Shown here one piece after another: positions 1 through 10,185 of a stretch of 34,101 bases of DNA; position 1 is the first letter of the stretch; each line of letters begins with the position of its first letter. The translations under genes and the position numbers were made by a program. Below the pieces are notes generated by a model that saw only the letters and a program-made list of their open reading frames with translations, was not told the origin of the DNA and did no database searches. The stretch lies in the sequence record SRR31156797_7246. One strand, written 5' to 3'.

Positions 1-323
1 TTTACTGCCAAAATACTGAAGAAGATGGTAACGCATTGACTGAGATTTGGTGAACATTGTGAAAAGTTGCAACTCCATCCAGCTCTACGTAACGTTTTGA
101 AATTGTTTGTAATTAGTCAGGTTTGCGCAATGTTCATGAGAAATCCTGGCTAGAATCTACCTTTAAATATCATAATTGCCTGCAGGATACATATTCAACG
201 CAAAAAACATCTTCAGATATAAAATAGATCCACACTCTATTATAATACCAAAGCAGGTCTCGTAAAAGAAGGACATATTGCTATGTCATCGAATCTAAAC
301 AAATATCCACCAGGTATTCCGAT

Positions 324-560
324 CCAAAAATTGATAATCAGCAAGATACGTTGAATGTTGCAGAAAAAGTTCGTTTTGCCCTCAACCGACCATTTCAATT
401 ATCCGGTTACCCTACCATCCATATATCTCCAAGCATTGGCATTGCTATTTACCCAGAACACGGCAGTGACGAAACTCAACTCTCACGAAATGCAGATAAT
501 GCAATGTATCTTGCAAAGGAAGGAGGACGTAATTTAACTAAAGTCTTTCAGATGCTGTAA
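324..560 (+). pseudogene. C-terminal remnant of a GGDEF (diguanylate cyclase) domain
   Basis: Frame reads PKIDNQQDTLNVAEKVRFALNRPF...ISPSIGIAIYPEHG..QLSRNADNAMYLAKEGGRN, the typical second half of a GGDEF domain. The GG(D/E)EF motif and N-terminal half are absent in-frame upstream. Confidence 0.8.
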
Positions 561-744
561 GTGTTTATTTTTTTTAATTTATCCAAAATGTATTAGAGGG
601 CTCATGTATAGAAGGTTTAGACCTGAGTCGACCTAACCAACGCATATCTGCGTTCACCTTTCCAGTTACACCAACCGCTATAGTTACTCGAGTTACGAAA
701 GAAAGTACTGTTTGAGGAGACCAGCGGCCCGGTGGGTCGAAAGC

Positions 745-896
745 ACTAAAAAGTTGGAGAAAAACTGGATCAAATCGGTACCGAGCCGTGCATGGTTTTC
801 ATTTTTTCGCTTCTACGCTCCGACAGGACCGTTTTTGATCAAAACTGGAAGCTTCCGAATGTGGAAGAAGTTGATTGCTTCAAGGTTTCTGAATAG
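745..896 (+). pseudogene. Frameshifted C-terminal remnant of a DUF1254/DUF1214-type protein
   Basis: EKNWIKSVPSRAWFSFFRFYAPTGPF continues, after restoring one T in the T-run at 832-836, as FDQNWKLPNVEEVD..* (TAG 894-896). This matches the NW..P...W...R.Y.P...F...W.LP end of DUF1214 proteins. Confidence 0.7.
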
Positions 897-1282
897 TTGG
901 ATAAATTGTTCAACAGATGCATCTAACCGATAAAAAAGACGCCGCAGGGGTGCTCTCGACCGATGAGGAATTTAGACTCTCACCAGAGGACTAAGAATGC
1001 AGGCAGAGTAGGGTATATGTGCTTTGCCTGTATTACCCGCTCTTAAGTTTTATGGCTCCATATATTATGTTTGGTGAACCAGGCTATATTTCAAGCATTC
1101 TCTGTTTTTGTGTAACTTATTAAAGAAATTCTTCCCAGCTTACTCTTAAACCGAAAGGTACTTAAACTGTTCTGTTATATTTCTTCTTACTCTTTTTTAA
1201 TAGCACACCCTTTAAAAGGTTCGTGGTTCTAATATAATAAAGTTAAGGCATGTCTGTAAAAGTCTTTTGCAAAGGAGCCAGC

Positions 1283-3244
1283 ATGAATAATTACCTTAAT
1301 AGTGGAAAAGGGATGGGGAGAGTTAAAAGCTCTTTAATGCTCATCTCTAAGTGGTCATTGTCCTTTGTGGTCATGCTTGCAATACTTTTAACTTGGCCTG
1401 TTACCAATTGCATGTCAGAGGAGAATAGATCTCAAATACAGGAAATAAAAGGCTTTCTAGAAGGTGGTCGCGGTGCAGTCTACACGCTAGAAAATTTGAA
1501 AAAAGGTGATACACTCTATGCCTACATAACAAGCACAAATGGCAATCTGGACCCTGTGCTTGGCGTTTTAAGAAATGTTGATAAATCTGAAGCTATCCAT
1601 GAGGAGATAATGGGGAGCGTTGCAAACTCTCCGGAAAACCTCGTTGACACTTTTTCTCGAATTGCGGACACTCATTTCATCGTATGGGACGACGATGGTG
1701 GTAAGGGGTATGATGCGATGTTGCAATTCTCAATACCTGCAGATGGCACTTATTTTCTTTTTGCTGGAAGCATGTTTACTAATCAAACGTTTGATGAATT
1801 CAAGCCAGATTTTTCATTCGGAGCATACAGGCTGCTATTGGGGCTGAATTCCCCAGGCGTTAGAGAGGGAATAGGTGAGCCTAGGGGCAATGTGTTTGCC
1901 ACTCTTAATGACAAATACAATAAGCCTTCCGTGCATGTACAACATTTTGAGGTGGAGCTAACCCAAGACAAACAGATAGTTTTTCATCATCTGAGGACAT
2001 TACAGCCTGGTGATTCTTTCTATGCTCGACTTGAGAGAAAGGACGACCAACCACTTGCGCGGCTTTTCCTAAGCGATTTCGGTGGCAAACCATTGGTTTT
2101 CGGTAAAATAAACGAGTCATCTCATGCGCTCACTTTTACCTATCTCAGCGAGAAAATTTCCCCTGGATTATATCTTTATATTGATGGCAGCGGTACGAGC
2201 AATAAACCCAAGGTTGGTGAATATCGCCTTGTTGTTGGTATTAATGAACCTGGCGTTTTAAAAGACAAAGACGTTGAAGTCGGCCTTCCGGTTTTTGTGG
2301 AGACTAAAAATGTAAAAATAGGTCTGACAATCGACCAGATTGTTAATGTTGACCAACAGGACGAAAATTTTACCGTTGTAGGCTCACTACAGATGGTTTG
2401 GCAGGATTCCGCTTTGGCTTTTGCTCCTGATACCTGCAACTGTTGGATAAAGAAAATGGAACTCAAGGAGTTAGAGTCCCTGGCAAATAAAGCCGATGTA
2501 TATTTACCCCTCTTCACATTTTTTAATCAACAGGGTAATCGCTGGTCACAGGGGCAGGTTGTTTTCATCGAGCCATCAGGTCGGGTAACTTATCGTGAAA
2601 GATTTACCGTTACCTTGCAAGCACCAGATTTTGATTTTAGTGCCTACCCTTTTGACCATCAGAAATTTAATATTCATATAGATCTCGACGTACCTACTGA
2701 GGCATTTACCTTCGAAGAGATTAAAAATCCAATTAATCCTCTTGGTGACCAACTGGGAGAAGAAGAGTGGTCGGTAGTTAAGTTCTACCAGGAAGTCAAA
2801 GATGTTCCCTATAGCAAAAATATGAATAAATCACGATTCACGACTACGCTGGAGATGAATCGACATTTGATTTTTTATGTAGTTCGGATTTTTGTACCAT
2901 TGCTCTTGATACTGTGCGTTTCCTGGGTAGTCTTCTTTCTAAAAGATTACGGTAAGCAACTCGATGTTGCCAGTGGCAACTTGTTGGTATTCATAGCTTT
3001 TAACTTCACTATTTCAAATGATTTGCCAAGACTTGGATATTTGACCCTCCTCGATCGAATGATCATTACCAGTTTTTGTTGCGCCACTTTGGTGGTTTTT
3101 ATCAGTGTCTGCCAGAAACGTCTTGTCGCCAAAGGTCAAGAGAAGCTGGCCGCACGTATTGACAACTTGGTTTTGACCTTCTATCCAATGGCATATATCG
3201 TTCTCATTGCTACGGAGTATTATTTTGTTACTTCAGGCAGTTGA
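1283..3244 (+). CDS. Multidomain pentameric ligand-gated ion channel, DeCLIC-like (two extra N-terminal domains + ECD + 4 TM)
   Basis: Pro-loop DFSAYPFDHQ, M1 RIFVPLLLILCVSWVVFF, M2 QLDVASGNLLVFIAFNFTIS, M2-M3 DLPRLGYLTLLD, N-terminal hydrophobic signal, and ~300 aa of extra N-terminal domains (GNLDP, WDDDGGKGY). ATG 1283 has AAGGAG upstream; the ORF is open from 1250. Confidence 0.9.
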   Translation: MNNYLNSGKGMGRVKSSLMLISKWSLSFVVMLAILLTWPVTNCMSEENRSQIQEIKGFLEGGRGAVYTLENLKKGDTLYAYITSTNGNLDPVLGVLRNVDKSEAIHEEIMGSVANSPENLVDTFSRIADTHFIVWDDDGGKGYDAMLQFSIPADGTYFLFAGSMFTNQTFDEFKPDFSFGAYRLLLGLNSPGVREGIGEPRGNVFATLNDKYNKPSVHVQHFEVELTQDKQIVFHHLRTLQPGDSFYARLERKDDQPLARLFLSDFGGKPLVFGKINESSHALTFTYLSEKISPGLYLYIDGSGTSNKPKVGEYRLVVGINEPGVLKDKDVEVGLPVFVETKNVKIGLTIDQIVNVDQQDENFTVVGSLQMVWQDSALAFAPDTCNCWIKKMELKELESLANKADVYLPLFTFFNQQGNRWSQGQVVFIEPSGRVTYRERFTVTLQAPDFDFSAYPFDHQKFNIHIDLDVPTEAFTFEEIKNPINPLGDQLGEEEWSVVKFYQEVKDVPYSKNMNKSRFTTTLEMNRHLIFYVVRIFVPLLLILCVSWVVFFLKDYGKQLDVASGNLLVFIAFNFTISNDLPRLGYLTLLDRMIITSFCCATLVVFISVCQKRLVAKGQEKLAARIDNLVLTFYPMAYIVLIATEYYFVTSGS

Positions 3245-3256
3245 AAGTCGATAATA

Positions 3257-3291
3257 TGGGTGGTGGGTGGTGGGTGGTGGGTGGTGGGTGG
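3257..3291 (+). repeat. Perfect heptamer tandem repeat (TGGGTGG)x5, predicted G-quadruplex
   Basis: Five exact copies are visible, giving five GGG tracts separated by 4-nt TGGT loops. Confidence 0.95.
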
Positions 3292-3395
3292 TAGGCCTGA
3301 TTTTTAGTTTTACCATGCATCCTATATCCACAAGGGAACTGTCCCGTTAAGAGTCAGTTCCATGTAATCTGCAAGTAGATAAAAGGAGGTCTGTA

Positions 3396-4745
3396 ATGCA
3401 ACTACTTGATGTGATATTAGCTTTTGCACTGACCATGGCCGCCTTGGCGACAGTAGTTACCATTATTATGGAAGCCGGTTTGCGAGTTTCAAGGATGCGT
3501 AAAAAAAACTTTATTGAGGTGATGAAACTTCTCAATAAGGAACTTGATAAAAGTCCGCTAAACATGAGCGAAGAGGAGCGCTGGACCTTTTTCAAGCAGG
3601 TTATCGACAACCCTGCAGAAGCATCAATAGAAAAGCTTACATATAAATTGAAGGATCTGTCTTTAGATGAGAAACTTGCGTTCTTCGGTCGTGACAAGGC
3701 TGGCGGGAAGAATCCTTTACAGCGTTTGGCCCGGTTTATCGTGCAAATATTCGGAGACAAGAAACGAACAGGTATCTATTCCCAGGTTTCCTTGGAGTAC
3801 ATGCTGCGCTGTCTTGCCGAAAGTGAAACAGTCATAAACGCATCGTCTCGAGCAAGTTCCCATTTAAAAATTGAATTTAACCGACTTGCCCGTAAATACG
3901 AGGAGTTTAGCTCGGCGGTCTCGGTTAGCTTTAAGCAACATGCACAACAATGGTCAATCGTTGTTGGTATACTTTTGGCGTTTGGCGCCAATGTAGACGG
4001 ACTACGTATTTTTCAAGCATACCGTCTCGATCCCAAATTGGTAGCAGCTATTGTTGAAAAAAGTGACGCCGTTCTTGAAACGAATCAACACGCTCAGGAT
4101 TCATTTAGAAAAATGGCAGAGCTTGAAGCAAAAAAAATAGAACTGGACCAACAAATAGAAAAAGCCAAAGACGATCAACTTGAACTGCTGTTGAAAGAGA
4201 AAAAGAACATTGAAACAGATATCAATGAGCGGTCTGGAATAGTGCAAATCCAGGAAACAGTCCTGAAAGCCAAACAACAGGTGACGGATCTTATTGATAT
4301 GGGGATACCCATTGGTTGGAATTTTTATCCAAATTGCTCTTACAGTGGAAAGAGTACAGACGCAAAATGTAAAGACATAAAGGTCGTTAAGCAAGAAGCT
4401 GAATCTGTTTTCAGGCAAACTTTAGTCACGGCAGGAAATGATCCATCCGGCTTTGCTGCCTGGTTGGTAAATGTTTTCATTACTGGAGTTTTGATCGGCC
4501 TTGGGGCACCATTTTGGTTCGACATCGCCAAGAGGCTCGCCCAAGTTAGAAAAGGATCTCAGGGTAATACGGCTTCGGCTGAATACAGGTACTCGGCAAG
4601 AGATGCGAATGGTGACCCAAAACTTCGTCGGGAAATCGTAGACACGGTACTTGAAGACATTATGGAAGTCGCGCAAAGCAAGACAAGCGTTCCTGAACAG
4701 GAAAATCGACTCCACAGAGCTGATGCTGCCATTCCTCCAGGCTAA
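3396..4745 (+). CDS. Uncharacterised membrane protein with central coiled coil
   Basis: 449 aa, strong RBS AGGAGG. Hydrophobic segments at the N-terminus, around WSIVVGILLAFGANVD and FITGVLIGLGAPFWFD. GIPIGW motif and a K/E/Q-rich coiled coil. Confidence 0.85.
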   Translation: MQLLDVILAFALTMAALATVVTIIMEAGLRVSRMRKKNFIEVMKLLNKELDKSPLNMSEEERWTFFKQVIDNPAEASIEKLTYKLKDLSLDEKLAFFGRDKAGGKNPLQRLARFIVQIFGDKKRTGIYSQVSLEYMLRCLAESETVINASSRASSHLKIEFNRLARKYEEFSSAVSVSFKQHAQQWSIVVGILLAFGANVDGLRIFQAYRLDPKLVAAIVEKSDAVLETNQHAQDSFRKMAELEAKKIELDQQIEKAKDDQLELLLKEKKNIETDINERSGIVQIQETVLKAKQQVTDLIDMGIPIGWNFYPNCSYSGKSTDAKCKDIKVVKQEAESVFRQTLVTAGNDPSGFAAWLVNVFITGVLIGLGAPFWFDIAKRLAQVRKGSQGNTASAEYRYSARDANGDPKLRREIVDTVLEDIMEVAQSKTSVPEQENRLHRADAAIPPG

Positions 4746-5030
4746 TCCCCCGCTATGCTTGGGCGGATGGCAAAAGCTATGCTGTAGTATTTGATAAGTG
4801 TTCCTTCCAGGGTGATTGCCACTATGCCGACATCGTGACCGACCCAAGAAGGAGCATCCGATGAAAAATACGTTCCCCACACCGCCAGGGAATGCAAATA
4901 TCTTATGGCATAGACACCGCTCCTACTAAACCAATTTAATGCGGCTTTTATTTTTTTAAATCAGACGTGATATATGGTGGTTTTGAGTTTAGAGTGTGAT
5001 TTTTCAAAATTACTCAAGAGAGATTTTTTT

Positions 5031-5351
5031 ATGAAGCTCAATGACCCCTTTGGTCGTATGGAAAGCCGGCATCAACTTGGTTATGAGTCGATGCGTGATA
5101 CAATGCGGAAAAGCGGCATAGATACACCGAACGCAGCCTGGGAAGTTATCAGGCAGTCGAAAAAACGTGCAATAAAAATTATAGCCATTGGAGTGGCCGT
5201 GCTCCTGGTTGTGAACCTGGTATTACCTCAAATGATGCCTGTCACTTTAAGTCTTATGTTTTTTTTGGTGGTTTGGGTCGCCAGCTCTACTATCAACGGT
5301 CAGCGTTATATTCAGCGTTATATTGATGAGGATTTAAAGCAGGAAAAATAA
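5031..5351 (+). CDS. Small hypothetical membrane protein (2 TM)
   Basis: 106 aa from ATG 5031 with two adjacent hydrophobic helices, followed by a terminator. Confidence 0.75.
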   Translation: MKLNDPFGRMESRHQLGYESMRDTMRKSGIDTPNAAWEVIRQSKKRAIKIIAIGVAVLLVVNLVLPQMMPVTLSLMFFLVVWVASSTINGQRYIQRYIDEDLKQEK

Positions 5352-5395
5352 GTGGTAGCATTTTTCTGGCAGCTGCCGCTTAATTGATAGACCAG

Positions 5396-5436
5396 GCAAA
5401 AGGTGAAGGATACATCCTTCACCTTTTGCTTCTTTT
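5396..5436. terminator. Probable bidirectional intrinsic terminator
   Basis: Perfect inverted repeat GCAAAAGGTGAAGGAT-ac-ATCCTTCACCTTTTGC plus a T-rich tail, between convergent genes. Confidence 0.85.
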
Positions 5437-5471
5437 ATGCTGGTATTTGCCCAAAGAGGAGGGGAATTCTT

Positions 5472-6494
5472 TTAAGGTGAAGCCGTGAGGTGAAACGCAG
5501 GACGATACTTCCCAACCACAGTCTTTATGTCGTTGATGTTGGTCTTGCGGACAAAATTAGTAAGTTTTAGTTTCATTTCACTCTCCAGACAATCAAGCTC
5601 GTCGAGAATGTGCATCACAATCGGCGGCAGGGCATCCATTGAGCCGTTTTCTATTTTTACTGCGATCCCAATATCCCTGTCCTTAATACCGACACAGTAT
5701 ACGCCCTCGGCTCCGATCTTGCCTATAAGCGTTCCTTTTGTATGTTTCAGCAGTTCCGTACAGAATCCTCCTGTCCCGGAAACCATTTCCGGGTGTTTGT
5801 TCATGGCGATGAATATTTTTTCGGCATAAGGAGAGAGTGAAGATTGTAGGTATTGATGATTAGCGAGCCTTGCAAACCCAAGGGCCATGTTTCTCACAGG
5901 AAGAGCGTGTACGGGAGCGCTGCAGCCGTCGATACCGATTTTTATGTCATCTGCGGATAATCCACATACATCGGCGAGAATCCTGAGGATGTTTTGCTGG
6001 CAGGGGTGCTCCAGGGAAAGGTAGGTGGCCAGGTCGTACCCCTTGTGTACGCAGGCTGCCAGCATGCCGCTATGCTTACCGGAGCAATCGTTGAAGAGGG
6101 GGGAAAGTGTTGTACCTTCGCTGGCCAACTGTAAGGCGTATTCACCATTAAGAGAGGTGACTGTGCCTCCCAGGATATTCTCTTCTGTCAGGCCAATTTT
6201 CGCCAGTATAGATCGGATGGTTTGTCGGTGGAACTCCTCGGCATAGTGTGATGAGCAAATTACAGAGATTTCCTTTTCCGAGATCCCGAAACGATCTGCA
6301 GCGCCGGATGTGAACAGGTGCAGCGCCTGGATCGGTTTGGCCGCTGAACGGAAATAGGTTGTTTTATCTGGGTTTCCGCAGGAATAAAGAAGCTTCCCGG
6401 AGCTGTTGACAACGGCAATATCTCCTCGGTGGATACACTCGATGACATCACCCCTGGTTATTTCAAGAAGTTTTTCAGGCATGATTTTACTCAC
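5472..6494 (-). CDS. L-asparaginase II (class 3, Rhizobium etli AnsA type)
   Basis: RSAAKPIQA, CSSHYAEEFH, DCSGKHSGML, DGCSAP and GKIGAEGV motifs. The start may be ATG 6482. Confidence 0.9.
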   Translation of the reverse strand: MSKIMPEKLLEITRGDVIECIHRGDIAVVNSSGKLLYSCGNPDKTTYFRSAAKPIQALHLFTSGAADRFGISEKEISVICSSHYAEEFHRQTIRSILAKIGLTEENILGGTVTSLNGEYALQLASEGTTLSPLFNDCSGKHSGMLAACVHKGYDLATYLSLEHPCQQNILRILADVCGLSADDIKIGIDGCSAPVHALPVRNMALGFARLANHQYLQSSLSPYAEKIFIAMNKHPEMVSGTGGFCTELLKHTKGTLIGKIGAEGVYCVGIKDRDIGIAVKIENGSMDALPPIVMHILDELDCLESEMKLKLTNFVRKTNINDIKTVVGKYRPAFHLTASP

Positions 6495-7017
6495 CTTGTA
6501 ATGCTTATAGCATAGGGAAAAATGACTTTAGGCTGGAATGTAAAATGCGCGGCAATACTACTGTCCTAATTATAAAATTGCAAACCTAACAGGCGCATTA
6601 CGGTTAAGAGTTGTTGGCCACGGGGTTGAGAAACCGGTGGATCAGTTAAGGGAGATGTACATGCAATAAAAAAATCTATGCCGGTATATAAACGTGGTAC
6701 ACAACACCTAGAATAATTTGTGTAATTATTCGGCAGCACCTGCCTACCTACGATCAGGCAGGGAAATATAGCATGACTATAGTTACCCAGCCTATTTGTA
6801 AGTATTTGGAGCCCTGCTGAACAGTTACAGGTCGAGGTTATTTGTTATTCGCTAAATAGCAACTCATCAGTTTTTATATGTCGACCAAGTAATCAGTAAT
6901 GTCCTCGTGAATTTTAATTTGAAGTGCAATGATGTAGTTGCTGCCTAAGCGGGCAGGGTGGCCGTTTTGAAACGGTAGTGTGTGTGAAAACAGAAAAATC
7001 ATCTGGAGAATAATTCA

Positions 7018-9384
7018 ATGACACCGGAAATCCTTTTGGTCCTCGGAATTCTTCTTGTTGTAATCGTTGTGCTTGTTACAGAGGTCATGCAGCTTGAAGT
7101 CTTAGCTATGCTGGTTCTTGGGACACTGGCTATTACCGGCCTGGTGACGCCGACTGAGGCCTTGGCAGGATTCAGTAATCCGGCGGTAGTAACCATTTGG
7201 GCAGTATTTATTCTCAGTGGAGGACTTACCCGCACCGGTATTGCCAACATTATCGGGCGAAATATGCTGAAGCTGGCAGGGACAGGTGATGCAAGGATGA
7301 TCATGCTCATCATGGTGATTGCCGGTGGGTTGTCTGCCTTTATGAATAACGTGGCTGTTGCCGCGTTGATGCTGCCTGTGGTTATGGATATTGCTAGAAA
7401 GACCGGCAAGTCTCCTTCTATTTTATTGATGCCTCTGGCTTATGGTTCTCTCCTTGGCGGGCTTACCACCATGATCGGTACGCCGCCCAATATTCTGGTA
7501 AGTGAAGCACTGCGCGCCAATGGTCTTACACCATTTGGCCTTTTTGATTTTTCGCCGGTAGGGGTGATAGTCATGACGGTGGGCATGCTGTTTATAACCT
7601 TTGTTGGAACACGGTTCCTGCCAAAGCATCCACCCTTTCAGCCTGAGCAGAAAGACGAAAAACAGGTTATCAGTCAGTACCGTATCCAAGAACGGCTGTT
7701 TAGAATACACATCCCTAAAAAATCGGCTCTTGTCGGACACACTTTAGCATCAAGTCATCTCGGTTCCAGGCTTGGTCTCAATGTCATTGCTATCAACCGG
7801 GGACGAAAGATCTCTCTTGCCCCGAATTCAACCGATAAAATTCTTCCAGATGATGAACTTATAGTCGAAGGTCGTCTTGATCGGATTCAGGAAATGAATA
7901 ACTGGGGGCAGCTGTTGTCTGAAAACAGTCTTCCTGAGAAGAACGCGCTGCTGGGATTTGGTATGCAGGTGGCAGAGGTCCAGCTTTCAGGTAACAGCCC
8001 GTGGCTAGGGAAAACACTTTCCGAGTTGGGGTTTCGTAACCGGTATGGTTTAAATGTGCTGGAAATATTGCGAATTGATCAGCAGATAAGGATGAATATT
8101 AAATCCCAGAAACTGATCGCCGGGGATGTGCTGGTCGTTCATGGGCCGATTACCAGTATCAATCAACTGGCAGAAGAAGATGGTATCATGTCGCCGGTTG
8201 TTCTCGATGTTGAAGAGGTGAAGAGGAAGTATGAAAGAGAGAAGAGGATTCGTTTCTTCAGTATTCCTGATGTTTCTCGATTGCTCGGCTTGACGGTTAC
8301 TGAGAGTTGCCTTGGTGACGCTCTAGATGTTCAGATTCTCGCCATCATTCGAAAAGATGATAGCGCCGTAGTTCCTGCTTCAAATTTGGTTTTTGAACCA
8401 GGAGACAGGCTTGTGGTTTCCGGCATGTCTGATTTAGTGGGCGTTCTACTTATGCAGGGACTTGAAGCGGTTTTCGATAAAGATCAAGCGATGGTAGAAG
8501 ATGCATCAATCCTGCAAAGCGATACGGTGGGTTTTGTTGAGGTAATTTTGTCTCCTCATTCAGTGCTCGTTGGTCAGACACTGCAGGAAATCCGTTTTCG
8601 TGAGAAATATGGGCTCAACGTATTAGCCATCCTGCGAAAGGGTCAGGTGATACGCACAGGGTTGCGTGACCTGCAAATACAGCTGGGAGATGCCTTGCTG
8701 CTATACGGAGAATGGAAAAAGTTGGCTGTTTTGGGGCGAGAGCCCGATTTCGTGGTGCTCACCGAAAAAATGCAGGAAGCTGCTCGGGAAGAGAAAGCGA
8801 AAACAGCGCTTGCTATTATGGCAGTGGTGCTGTTACCTGTAATTTTCGGGTGGGTGCCAATTTATATTGCTGTGGTCATCGGGGCCGCCTTCATGGTCTT
8901 GACGAATTGTCTGACCATGGAAGAGGCGTATCTTCATATAGAGTGGAAGGCAGTATTTTTGATTGCAGGAATGCTGCCGCTTGGAGTCGCGCTGGATAAA
9001 ACCGGTGCTGCGTCGATGGTTGCCGAGAAGGTTATTGCCGTCCTTGGACCATTCGGTCCCTATGGGGTTTTGTTTGGGCTGCTTAGTATCACTTTTATAG
9101 GCACCAGTATTATACCGACCGCTGCTCTGGTGGTTCTGATGGTGCCTATCGCTCTTAAAACTTCTGCAGGGCTTGGGATATCTCCCTACCCGTTGATGAT
9201 GGGAATTGCGATGGCTGCTTCTTCAAGTTTTACTTCGCCCATTTCTCATCCTGCCAATGTGCTGGTAATGGGTCCGGGAGGGTATAAATTCATGGACTAT
9301 GTTAAGGTCGGGTTACCCCTAACTTTAGTGATACTGGTGTTGCTGATGTTCATTATTCCAATCTTCTGGCCGTTGACAGTGTAA
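7018..9384 (+). CDS. SLC13/DASS-family transporter with TrkA-C (RCK_C) domains
   Basis: GFSNPAV, SAFMNNVA, IGTPPNIL and SPISHPANVLVMGPGGYKF motifs. The central soluble region has four S.L.G.Tl..l..r..g..vl.i.R repeats. Confidence 0.9.
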   Translation: MTPEILLVLGILLVVIVVLVTEVMQLEVLAMLVLGTLAITGLVTPTEALAGFSNPAVVTIWAVFILSGGLTRTGIANIIGRNMLKLAGTGDARMIMLIMVIAGGLSAFMNNVAVAALMLPVVMDIARKTGKSPSILLMPLAYGSLLGGLTTMIGTPPNILVSEALRANGLTPFGLFDFSPVGVIVMTVGMLFITFVGTRFLPKHPPFQPEQKDEKQVISQYRIQERLFRIHIPKKSALVGHTLASSHLGSRLGLNVIAINRGRKISLAPNSTDKILPDDELIVEGRLDRIQEMNNWGQLLSENSLPEKNALLGFGMQVAEVQLSGNSPWLGKTLSELGFRNRYGLNVLEILRIDQQIRMNIKSQKLIAGDVLVVHGPITSINQLAEEDGIMSPVVLDVEEVKRKYEREKRIRFFSIPDVSRLLGLTVTESCLGDALDVQILAIIRKDDSAVVPASNLVFEPGDRLVVSGMSDLVGVLLMQGLEAVFDKDQAMVEDASILQSDTVGFVEVILSPHSVLVGQTLQEIRFREKYGLNVLAILRKGQVIRTGLRDLQIQLGDALLLYGEWKKLAVLGREPDFVVLTEKMQEAAREEKAKTALAIMAVVLLPVIFGWVPIYIAVVIGAAFMVLTNCLTMEEAYLHIEWKAVFLIAGMLPLGVALDKTGAASMVAEKVIAVLGPFGPYGVLFGLLSITFIGTSIIPTAALVVLMVPIALKTSAGLGISPYPLMMGIAMAASSSFTSPISHPANVLVMGPGGYKFMDYVKVGLPLTLVILVLLMFIIPIFWPLTV

Positions 9385-9588
9385 ATCTTGGCTGTACTGT
9401 AATGAACCGTGATTAGCGACAAGAGCAAACATCTTGCAGTCACAAAAAAGTCGGACACCGCCAAGTATTCTTCGTGCAGTGACTTTGGCCCGCGCTGAGA
9501 AGTGATCAAGGATATATTCAAGAAAGTCATTTGATACAGATATGTTAGACTTTTCTAAGCATCAAGGGCCGCTGAATCAGCCCACGGT

Positions 9589-10185
9589 TTACCACGTGTC
9601 GGACATATCTGTTGGGGTTACTTTTTTGATTTCTTGGTGCCGAAAACAGTCGGTTGTGTGGTCGTTGACCATGCCGACAGCCTGCATGTATGCATAGCAG
9701 ATAGTTGACCCGACAAAGTTGAAGCCTCGTTTTTTCAGATCTTTGCTCATCGCATCGGACAGCTTCGTATTCGTCGGAACCTCGGCCATGGTTTTCCATG
9801 CATTTTGCTTGGGTAGTCCGTCAACATAGCGCCAGAGGTAGGAGTCCAGCGACCCGTACTGCTGTTGAATGTCAAGAACACCTTGCGCATTCTTGACGGC
9901 CGAACTGATTTTAAGACGGTTTCGCACGATACCAGAATCGACAAGCAGGCGATTTATATCTTTTTCTGTGTAGTGAGCGATACGATTATAATCGAAGTCG
10001 TGAAACGCCTTCCTGTAATTCTCTCGTTTTTTCAGGATTGTCAGCCAACTGAGTCCGGCCTGTGCCCCTTCCAAAATAAGAAATTCAAACAGGAGTCGGT
10101 CATCGTGAATAGGAACACCCCATTCATGATCATGGTAAGCTATGTATAACGGGTCGGTCCCACACCATGTGCATCTGTTTTTCAT
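9589..10185 (-). CDS. tag: DNA-3-methyladenine glycosylase I
   Basis: RCTW, YHDHEWGVP, LEGAQAGLSWLTILKKRENYR, FVGSTICYAYMQAVGMVNDH...C. Confidence 0.95.
   Translation of the reverse strand: MKNRCTWCGTDPLYIAYHDHEWGVPIHDDRLLFEFLILEGAQAGLSWLTILKKRENYRKAFHDFDYNRIAHYTEKDINRLLVDSGIVRNRLKISSAVKNAQGVLDIQQQYGSLDSYLWRYVDGLPKQNAWKTMAEVPTNTKLSDAMSKDLKKRGFNFVGSTICYAYMQAVGMVNDHTTDCFRHQEIKKVTPTDMSDTW

Noticed and set aside
4710-4864. Protein-like frame ...PRYAWADGKSYAVVFDKC... overlapping the end of the 449-aa gene
   Set aside because: It might be another remnant, but I cannot assign it to any family.
631-9550. Scattered RYYYAAC heptamers (631, 921, 6584, and 9544-9550 on the minus strand) as integron attC sites
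   Set aside because: No matching GTTRRRY ends with long imperfect palindromes, no shared sequence, no integrase, and gene orientations are mixed.
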